DNA from: Mycobacterium sp. 852002-51057_SCH5723018
GTDB taxonomy: Bacteria > Actinomycetota > Actinomycetes > Mycobacteriales > Mycobacteriaceae
NCBI RefSeq assembly: GCF_001667035.1
Contig: NZ_LZIR01000096.1
Span: forward strand, 60,860 to 92,859
Reading direction: 5' to 3'
DNA length: 32,000 bases
The notes beneath the pieces were generated by a model, which saw only the letters and a program-made list of their open reading frames with translations, did no database searches and had not been told where the DNA came from. A program made the translations under genes and the position numbers. Positions 25,488 through 32,000 of the stretch are shown here, in pieces. How positions within the stretch are numbered: position 1 is the stretch's first letter; the number at the start of each line of letters is the position of its first letter.

Positions 25488-26354
25488 TCAGCTTGGGGGA
25501 GTTAGCCCTAATGGCCCGGCCAGCTCGCTCAGCGCGGCCACCAACGCGTCGTCATTTCCGCTGCCCAGCACCTGAATCGCGACGTGATCGGCGCCGGCTT
25601 CGCAGTGTTGGTTGAGGCGTCGGGCAATGTCCTGCGGGGTGCCGTAGGCCACCACCGCGTCGATCAGCCGGTCGCTCCCGGGCTTGCGGATGTCGTCGTG
25701 GGTGAACCCCAGCCGCAACCAGTTGTTCACGTAGTTGCTCAGGTCGAGATAGTGGTCGACGGTCTGGCGGCCCACGGTGCGGGCTTCGCCGGCGTCGTTG
25801 CTGAGCACCACCTTGTGCTCGGGTGCCAGAAACACCGACTTGCCCACCTCTTCGCGCGCCTTGGCGGTGTGCTCGGGTGTGGTCAGGTATGGGTGGGCCC
25901 CGGCGCTGCGCTGCGCCGCCAGCCGCAATACCCGCGGCCCGAGCGCCGCGAGCACCCGGCGGCTGGTGGGCACCATCGCGGCGTCGAGCGCGTCGAGGTA
26001 GCCGACCAGGGCGTCGTAGGGCTTCACGTACTCCTGGGTGTGCTCGCGGTGGCCCGCCCCGAGGCCGAGCAAAAACCTTCCCGGGTGGGCGTTTTCGACG
26101 CGCTTGTAGGACTCGGCGACCGTCGGTGCCGGCGCGGACCAGATGTTGACGATCCCGGTGGCCAGTTGCAGCGCGGTGGTCTGCTCCAGGACCGGGTCGA
26201 CCCAGGCCAGTTCCGCGTCGGGCGAACCGCCGACCCAGACGGCGCCGTACCCGAGCGATTCGATCCTGGCGGCCAGCTCGGGTGTGATCGAGCGGGTGGG
26301 CAGCCACACCCCGAACCGGCCCAGGTCGGGTTTCAGGCCAGCTGCCTCGGTCAT
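25488..26354 (-). CDS. Luciferase-like monooxygenase (LLM) family oxidoreductase, probable F420-dependent class
   Basis: 288 aa. The TIM-barrel LLM pattern reads LGYGAVWVGGSP ... GIVNIW ... PGRFLLGLGAGH ... AGAHPYLTTPEHT. Its position next to rmlB matches Rv3463 in M. tuberculosis. Confidence 0.85.
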   Translation of the reverse strand: MTEAAGLKPDLGRFGVWLPTRSITPELAARIESLGYGAVWVGGSPDAELAWVDPVLEQTTALQLATGIVNIWSAPAPTVAESYKRVENAHPGRFLLGLGAGHREHTQEYVKPYDALVGYLDALDAAMVPTSRRVLAALGPRVLRLAAQRSAGAHPYLTTPEHTAKAREEVGKSVFLAPEHKVVLSNDAGEARTVGRQTVDHYLDLSNYVNNWLRLGFTHDDIRKPGSDRLIDAVVAYGTPQDIARRLNQHCEAGADHVAIQVLGSGNDDALVAALSELAGPLGLTPPS

Positions 26355-26388
26355 TGGATCCCCCTCGAAGATGCTTAGTTCGGATGGC

Positions 26389-27249
26389 TCAGGGCTGGGT
26401 CAGCCCGAGCGGTCCGGCCAGTTCGGCCAGCGCCGAGACAAGGTTTTCATCCTTCGTGAGGACCTGCACGGGGACGTGGTCGGCGCCGGCGTCGAGATGC
26501 TCCTTTAGCCGTGCCGCGATCTGGTCCGGGGTGCCGTAGGCGACGAGGGAATCGACCAGGCGGTCGCTGCCCGGACGGGTGACCTCCTCGTCGGAAAAGC
26601 CCAGCCGCTTCCAGTTGTTGCGGTAATTGGCCAGATTGAAGTAGACGTCGAGCGCCCTGCGGCCCACGGTGCGGGCCTTCTCGGCTCCTTCTTTGTCCGG
26701 GGTGGTCAGCACGGCCTTGTGTTCGGGCGCCAGGAATGCCGACGGGCCGATCAGTTCGCGGGCCTGCGCGGTGTGCTCGGGAGTGGTCAGGTAGGGGTGG
26801 GCGCCGGCGGCGCGTTCGGCGGACAGTTTCAGCACCCGTGGGCCCAGGGCGGCCACCACGCGACGGTTGGCCGGCACGCCGTACTCGTCGAGCTGCTTCA
26901 GGTACTCCACCAGCGCGTCATAGGGCTTGCGGTACTCGGTGTGGGCCTCGGGATGCCCGACGCCGATGCCGAGCAGGAAGCGCCCCGGGTATGCCTTGTC
27001 GATGCGGTGGAACGACTCGGCCACCGGCTTGGCGGCCGCGGTCCAGATGTTGACGATCCCGGTGGCAAGCTGCAGCTGCGTCGTGGCCTCGAGGATCGGC
27101 TCCACCCAGGCCAGCTCGGCAGGCGGTGAGCCGCCCACCCAGACGGCCCGGTAGCCCAAGGACTCGATTTCTTTGGCTTGCTGTGGCGTCACGCCGCGTC
27201 CGAACACTCCGAACCGGCCGAGGTTGGGCTTGCTGGCTGCATCGGTCAT
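26389..27249 (-). CDS. LLM family oxidoreductase (tandem paralogue of 25488-26354)
   Basis: ATG 27249 (MTDAASKPNLGRFGVF); 286 aa. It is collinear with the neighbouring LLM protein along its whole length. The 762-aa track ORF is an out-of-frame upstream extension. Confidence 0.85.
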   Translation of the reverse strand: MTDAASKPNLGRFGVFGRGVTPQQAKEIESLGYRAVWVGGSPPAELAWVEPILEATTQLQLATGIVNIWTAAAKPVAESFHRIDKAYPGRFLLGIGVGHPEAHTEYRKPYDALVEYLKQLDEYGVPANRRVVAALGPRVLKLSAERAAGAHPYLTTPEHTAQARELIGPSAFLAPEHKAVLTTPDKEGAEKARTVGRRALDVYFNLANYRNNWKRLGFSDEEVTRPGSDRLVDSLVAYGTPDQIAARLKEHLDAGADHVPVQVLTKDENLVSALAELAGPLGLTQP

Positions 27250-27278
27250 GGTTCTTCCGAACCCGCCGGGTGGTGGCG

Positions 27279-28763
27279 CTATTCCTCGGCGGGTTGGATC
27301 TCGAGCGGCAGCAGGACGATGAATCGAGTGTCCCCTGGAACCGATTCCACCCGCAGATCCCCGCGGTGCTTCTTGACGATGATGTTCCACGCCAGATCCA
27401 GCCCGAGGCCGGTGCCCTCCCCGACCGGCTTGGTGGTGAAGAACGGCTCGAAGATGCGCTCGCGCACGTCGTCGGGGACGCCGGGCCCGGTGTCGCAGAT
27501 CTCGATGCGGGCCATCTTCTCGCCTTCTCGGCGGGTGCGGATGGTCAGGGTGCCGCCTTTTGAACCCGGACCGTCGCGCATCGCGGCGATCGCGTTGTCG
27601 ATGATGTTGGTCCACACCTGATTGAGATCGCCTGGGTAACAGGGAATTCGGGGAAGCGACTTGTCGAATTCCTTGACCACCTGGACTTTGGCGCCTTTGC
27701 TTGGATTCGGGCCCAATCGATCGGCGAACATCGTGAGCGTGCTGTGCAGCAGTTCGTGGACATCGGACACCTGGAACGGGGCCCGATCCATCTGCGAATA
27801 CTGCTTGGCATCGGCGACCAGCGCCGAGATCCGCTTGCTCGCCTCCAAGATCTGGTTCAGCAGCAGCTCGCCCTCCACGGTGTAGGTCAGCCAGCGGATC
27901 GCTTTCTCCAGCGAGGTCGACACACCGAACTCCTCGGTCGCCGCGGCGATGCGTTCCAACCAATCGGTGTCGATGCCTCCCTCGACGAAGGTCGGTGCGA
28001 TGTCCCAACCGCCCTTTATGCCGTGGTCCTGAAGCCATTCGCCGACGCCGTCCTCCAGGTCGGCCGTCTCGATCGCGGTCATGTTCGCCGAGGACGCCTT
28101 GGTCACCTGGGCCGCGACCTCTTCCTGCAGCCGCACCAGTGCCCGCAGCGCCTCCGGGGTGACGGTTCCGTCGGCGAGCATCGCGAGTTTTTGGCGCATC
28201 CCGGCGACCCGCTGCCGTAGCTCGGCCGCGGCGCGGACCGTGGCGGCGGCGGGGTTGTTCAGCTGATGTGTCAGCCCGGCGGACAACTGGCCCAATGCGA
28301 GCAGTTTCTCCCGGTTGTCGATGATCCTGCGGGTGCGTTCCAGGCCGACCGCCATCCCGTCGAGCAGGTGGACGGCCATCGGAAACTGGTCCCTCATGAA
28401 GTGCGCGAACGCCGGCGCGTCGAGCACGAAGAACCGCGACGGCTTGGTGACGTACACCGTCGCGTCGTAGCTCTGATGTTGCGGCTGACCGGTGAAGGCA
28501 CGCCACGCGCCGCAATACACCCCGCGCTGTGAGGTCCGGTTTGTCTCGATCTCCTGACCGCCCGAGAGCTTCGACATCGCTAGTTCGCCCTCGATCAGGA
28601 CGTATAGGCACGTTGCCGGTTCGCCCTCGATGCAGATCGGGCCGGGTCGGTACTCCGCGATGTGTCCGCTGGCGCACAACGCTTCAAGTTGCTCGTTGGT
28701 GAGCGCCTCGAACAGGAACAGGGTGCGCAGCTCGTCGGGCTGACACGGCGTCTTGGCGGTCAT
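27279..28763 (-). CDS. Histidine kinase with N-terminal cyclic-nucleotide-binding-like domain
   Basis: ATG 28763 lies 5 nt after the upstream stop. 494 aa. The cNMP-like barrel reads FEALTNEQLEAL ... CIEGEPATCLYVLIEGEL. The kinase boxes are the H-box LSAGLTHQLNNP, the N-box WTNIIDNAIAAM, G1 DTGPGVP, and FEPFFTTK ... GTGLGL. Confidence 0.85.
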   Translation of the reverse strand: MTAKTPCQPDELRTLFLFEALTNEQLEALCASGHIAEYRPGPICIEGEPATCLYVLIEGELAMSKLSGGQEIETNRTSQRGVYCGAWRAFTGQPQHQSYDATVYVTKPSRFFVLDAPAFAHFMRDQFPMAVHLLDGMAVGLERTRRIIDNREKLLALGQLSAGLTHQLNNPAAATVRAAAELRQRVAGMRQKLAMLADGTVTPEALRALVRLQEEVAAQVTKASSANMTAIETADLEDGVGEWLQDHGIKGGWDIAPTFVEGGIDTDWLERIAAATEEFGVSTSLEKAIRWLTYTVEGELLLNQILEASKRISALVADAKQYSQMDRAPFQVSDVHELLHSTLTMFADRLGPNPSKGAKVQVVKEFDKSLPRIPCYPGDLNQVWTNIIDNAIAAMRDGPGSKGGTLTIRTRREGEKMARIEICDTGPGVPDDVRERIFEPFFTTKPVGEGTGLGLDLAWNIIVKKHRGDLRVESVPGDTRFIVLLPLEIQPAEE

Positions 28764-28768
28764 GCCCG

Positions 28769-30448
28769 CTAGGCCTTCGCCAGGTAGCGGTGCACCAGCA
28801 TCACGGCCATCGACCCTTCGCCGACGGCGGCCGCGACGCGCTTGGCGGACTCGGCGCGCACGTCGCCGGTGGCGAACACACCGGGCACGCTGGTCTCCAG
28901 GTGATGGGGCGGACGGTCCAGCGTCCAGCCGCACACGTTGCGCAGGTCCGGTCCGGTGAGGATGAAGCCGTGATCGTCGCGGGCGAGCACTCCGTCCAGC
29001 CATTCGGTGCGCGGCGCCGCACCGATGAAGATGAACATGCGGGCGCAGGTGACGTCCTCGGTGTCCCCGGTCCGGTTGTCGACCAGGGTCAGCTTCTCCA
29101 GGTGGTCGGTCCCGGCGGCGCAGCGCACCTCGGTGCAGGCGCGAACCGTGATCTTGGGGTTCTGCTCGATCTGCTGGATCAGGTAGTGCGACATCGACGC
29201 CGCCAGCGACGGGGCGCGGACGACGATGGTCACCGACTTGGCCTCGCGGGACAGGTACATCGCGGCCTGGCCGGCGGAGTTGGCCCCGCCGACAACGTAG
29301 ACCTCCTCGCCGGCGCATTCCGATGCGATGGAGACGGCCGCCCCGTAGTACACGCCCCGGCCGGTCAGCTCGGTGCACCCCTCCGCCGGGAGCTGTCGGT
29401 AGGCAACGCCGGTGGCCACGATGACGGCATGGGCGTCGATGGAGCCGCCGTCGGCGAAGCGCACCGTGCGTTTGGGACCGTTGACCTCCAGCGCGACGGC
29501 GGTGCGCGCGGTGATGAGTTCGGCCCCGAACTTCTCGGCCTGCCTGCGGGCGCGATCGGCCAGCTGGCCGCCCGAGACGCCGTCGGGGAAGCCGAGGTAG
29601 TTCTCGATCCGAGAGCTCTGGCCCGCCTGGCCGCCGGTCGCGGTGCGTTCGATGAGCACCGTGCGCAGGCCCTCGGAGGCGCCGTAGACCGCCGCGGCCA
29701 GGCCCGCCGGGCCGCCGCCGATGACGATCAGGTCGTAGAACTCCTGCGACGGGGTGGTGATCAGGCCCAGCGTGGCGGCCAATTGGGCGTCGCTGGGTTC
29801 GACCAGGGGGTCGCCGCGCTCGGTGACCACGACGGGCAGCCGCAGCCCGTCCTCGCCGGCGGCCTGCAGCAGCCGCTCGCCCTCGGGCTCGTCGGCCATG
29901 AACCAGGTGTAGTAGAGGCCGTTGCGGGCCAGGAAGTCGCGGACCTGCCAGGACCGCGCCGACCAGCGGTGCCCGATCACCTTGGTGTGCGGGATGGGGT
30001 GTTCCGGCGTCCGCTTCCAGGCGTCCAGCAGCGCGTCGACGACGGGGTAGAGCTTTTCTTCCGGCGGGTCCCAGGGCTTGAGCAGGTAATGGTCGAGGTC
30101 GACGACGTTGATCGCGTCGATGGCGGCATGCGTGTCGGCGTACGCGGTGAGCAGCACGCGGCGCGCCGTCGGGTACAGATCCATCGCCTGCTCGAGGAAC
30201 TCGATGCCCGTCATCTGCGGCATCCGGTAGTCGGCGATGAGCGTTGCGACGGTTTCGCCGCGCAGTTTGAGCTGCTTGAGGGTGTCTAGGGCCTCGGTGC
30301 CCGATTCGGCTCGGATGATCCGGTGCCCCTCGCCGTAGTGGCGGCGCAGGTCCCGTGCCACCGCGCGGGACACGGAGGGATCGTCGTCGACGGTCAGGAT
30401 GACGGGTTTGCGGGGCTGGGCGGTCTCGCCGGCAAGGGGTCTGCTCAT
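28769..30448 (-). CDS. Response-regulator receiver domain fused to a thioredoxin-reductase-like FAD/NAD(P) oxidoreductase
   Basis: ATG 30448; 559 aa. Receiver motifs are ILTVDDD, LIADYRMPQMTG, LLTAY and LLKPW. TrxR-like motifs are YDLIVIGGGPAGLAAA, GGQAGQSSRIENYLGFP, VYVVGGANSAGQAAMYL and GVFATGDV. Confidence 0.85.
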   Translation of the reverse strand: MSRPLAGETAQPRKPVILTVDDDPSVSRAVARDLRRHYGEGHRIIRAESGTEALDTLKQLKLRGETVATLIADYRMPQMTGIEFLEQAMDLYPTARRVLLTAYADTHAAIDAINVVDLDHYLLKPWDPPEEKLYPVVDALLDAWKRTPEHPIPHTKVIGHRWSARSWQVRDFLARNGLYYTWFMADEPEGERLLQAAGEDGLRLPVVVTERGDPLVEPSDAQLAATLGLITTPSQEFYDLIVIGGGPAGLAAAVYGASEGLRTVLIERTATGGQAGQSSRIENYLGFPDGVSGGQLADRARRQAEKFGAELITARTAVALEVNGPKRTVRFADGGSIDAHAVIVATGVAYRQLPAEGCTELTGRGVYYGAAVSIASECAGEEVYVVGGANSAGQAAMYLSREAKSVTIVVRAPSLAASMSHYLIQQIEQNPKITVRACTEVRCAAGTDHLEKLTLVDNRTGDTEDVTCARMFIFIGAAPRTEWLDGVLARDDHGFILTGPDLRNVCGWTLDRPPHHLETSVPGVFATGDVRAESAKRVAAAVGEGSMAVMLVHRYLAKA

Positions 30449-30708
30449 CGGCGTCAAGTATGCGCTCGTCAGCGGCCATGTGGGAGGCGGGGAAGGCGGT
30501 CCCGATTCCTCCCTCAGCGATTTTGGCCAGGGCTGATGACCAGGTATCGTGGAACAACGGTGCGGCATCCGCGCCGACTCTTTGTGTGCCCAGTCCCTCG
30601 GAAATTCTAGGAATTTCCTGTCACCGGCTCACGTTTGAAGTCGGGGTAAATGTTGCGCCGATCCGGGCGCTATTCGAACGAAACGAATGACGAGGATTTC
30701 TGAAAAGT

Positions 30709-30930
30709 ATGGCCAAGAAGGACGGTGCCATCGAGGTCGAGGGCCGCGTGGTCGAGCCCCTGCCCAATGCGATGTTCCGCATTGAGCTGGAGAACGGTCA
30801 CAAGGTGCTCGCCCACATCAGCGGCAAGATGCGGCAGCACTACATCCGCATCCTGCCCGAAGACCGGGTGGTGGTCGAGTTGTCTCCCTACGACCTGTCC
30901 CGGGGCCGCATCGTGTACCGGTACAAGTGA
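30709..30930 (+). CDS. infA: Translation initiation factor IF-1
   Basis: 73 aa: [81 protein letters not shown] upstream. Confidence 0.97.
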
Positions 30931-30984
30931 CGTAAAGCCCGAAGCAACCACCGACGAGTAGACAAGAACAGGATCGAAACAGCC

Positions 30985-31098
30985 GTGAAGGTGAACCCGA
31001 GCGTCAAGCCAATCTGTGACAAGTGCAGGGTGATCCGTCGGCATGGGCGGGTCATGGTGATCTGCTCCGATCCGCGCCACAAGCAGCGCCAGGGCTAA
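30985..31098 (+). CDS. rpmJ: 50S ribosomal protein L36
   Basis: GTG 30985; 37 aa: (M)[36 protein letters not shown]. It is below the ORF-track size cut-off and was found by reading the sequence. Confidence 0.9.
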
Positions 31099-31127
31099 GC
31101 CTTTTAGGTCGCCCACACAACTGAATG

Positions 31128-31263
31128 CAGACCTCCCAGCACCAGTGAGCGGCTGGCATCTATAGAGATGGGCCGCTCATCCACGCCCGGACGGAGGCCG
31201 GGCCCCCTTCAAGGGGAACGGGCTGGGATCAGACCTCCGCAGAGATAAGAGGAAACGCCACCC
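31128..31263 (+). promoter_or_regulatory. Structured leader upstream of rpsM (candidate r-protein autoregulatory element and/or infA-rpmJ terminator)
   Basis: A long hairpin spans 31146-31179: TGAGCGGC pairs with GCCGCTCA, with an inner CATCT/AGATG stem. A possible closing helix pairs TCCCAGC (31134-31140) with GCTGGGA (31222-31228). A 9-nt direct repeat CAGACCTCC occurs at 31128 and 31230. CCTC (31234-31237) is complementary to the rpsM SD GAGG (31249-31252). Confidence 0.35.
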
Positions 31264-31638
31264 ATGGCTCGACTAGTGGGCGTCGATCTGCCGCGCGATA
31301 AGCGGATGGAGATCGCCCTGACCTACATTTTCGGCATAGGCCGTACCCGCTCGAACGAGATTCTGGCGGCCACCGGCATCGAAAGAGACCTGCGCACCAG
31401 GGACCTGACCGATGACCAGCTCACCCACTTGCGTGACTACATCGAAGCCAACCTCAAGGTGGAGGGTGACCTGCGCCGCGAGGTGCAGGCCGACATCCGC
31501 CGCAAGATCGAGATCGGCTGCTACCAGGGCCTGCGGCACCGCCGCGGCCTGCCGGTGCGCGGCCAGCGAACCAAGACCAACGCGCGGACCCGCAAGGGCC
31601 CCAAGCGCACCATCGCAGGCAAGAAGAAGGCCAGGTAA
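31264..31638 (+). CDS. rpsM: 30S ribosomal protein S13
   Basis: 124 aa: [39 protein letters not shown]... Confidence 0.97.
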   Translation: MARLVGVDLPRDKRMEIALTYIFGIGRTRSNEILAATGIERDLRTRDLTDDQLTHLRDYIEANLKVEGDLRREVQADIRRKIEIGCYQGLRHRRGLPVRGQRTKTNARTRKGPKRTIAGKKKAR

Positions 31639-31644
31639 TCCCCC

Positions 31645-32000
31645 ATGCCACCAGCCAAGAAGGCAGCCTCTGCCCCCAAGAAGGGGCAGCACAAGACCCG
31701 TAAGCGGGAAAAGAAGAACATCCCGCACGGCGCCGCGCACATCAAGAGCACGTTCAACAACACGATCGTGACGATCACCGACCCGTCGGGCAACGTCATC
31801 GCCTGGGCGTCGTCGGGTCACGTCGGCTTCAAGGGCTCGCGCAAGTCGACGCCGTTCGCCGCCCAGCTGGCCGCGGAGAACGCCGCGCGCAAGGCCCAGG
31901 AGCACGGCGTGAAGAAGGTCGACGTGTTCGTTAAGGGCCCGGGCTCGGGCCGGGAGACCGCGATCCGGTCGCTGCAGGCCGCGGGGCTGGAGGTGGGTGC
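31645..32000 (+). CDS. rpsK: 30S ribosomal protein S11 (3' partial, runs off the window)
   Basis: ATG 31645: [78 protein letters not shown]... Confidence 0.95.
   Translation, partial: MPPAKKAASAPKKGQHKTRKREKKNIPHGAAHIKSTFNNTIVTITDPSGNVIAWASSGHVGFKGSRKSTPFAAQLAAENAARKAQEHGVKKVDVFVKGPGSGRETAIRSLQAAGLEVG

Noticed and set aside
28790-30289. A 499-aa plus-strand ORF opposite the receiver/TrxR-like gene.
   Set aside because: It is a shadow frame with low-complexity composition. The minus-strand frame carries the receiver and flavoprotein motifs.
26389-30557. The ORF-track entries of 762 aa (26389-28677) and 1092 aa (27279-30557) might suggest giant fusion proteins.
   Set aside because: Their N-terminal halves are Arg/Pro-rich read-through in frames that overlap the real upstream genes. 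Sensible starts with conserved N-termini exist at 27249 and 28763, each just downstream of the preceding stop.

Overview
This is a 32-kb, high-GC, gene-dense segment of a slow-growing Mycobacterium chromosome. The diagnostic genes are a PE_PGRS gene, an LpqH-family lipoprotein, mmsB-fadE9-mmsA, rmlB-rmlC and infA-rpmJ-rpsM-rpsK. I saw no rRNA, tRNA, CRISPR array, transposase or integrase. Three accessory blocks stand out against the conserved core. (1) 1-17.9 kb: the end of an RslA-like anti-sigma gene is followed by a translationally coupled operon encoding a ThDP enzyme, an SRPBCC-like protein, a KAS III-like protein and an aminotransferase. A diverged second copy (anti-sigma plus cassette) lies about 12.4 kb downstream. 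In that copy the ThDP gene is reduced to a 24-codon remnant, and a FAD monooxygenase and an O-methyltransferase are appended. An FMO plus BBE-like oxidase operon lies between the two copies. Each of the five plus-strand units is preceded by the same TGAAC(C/T)-N16-CGTnnn ECF (SigL-type) promoter motif. This suggests one sigma/anti-sigma-gated, uncharacterised small-molecule pathway wrapped around the valine-catabolic mmsB-fadE9-mmsA operon. (2) 18.2-21.3 kb: an ECF sigma gene is translationally coupled to a Tat-like-anchored Rieske [2Fe-2S] protein, a candidate unconventional anti-sigma factor. It is followed by a cupredoxin lipoprotein, a Tat-signal metallophosphoesterase and a small membrane protein. 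(3) 23.4-30.4 kb, minus strand: one co-directional string carries a receiver/thioredoxin-reductase-like fusion that lacks the CxxC pair, a cNMP-domain histidine kinase, two tandem LLM-type oxidoreductases, rmlB-rmlC and an LpqH-like lipoprotein. All functional calls rest on motifs read by eye and on remembered family knowledge; no database search was possible.
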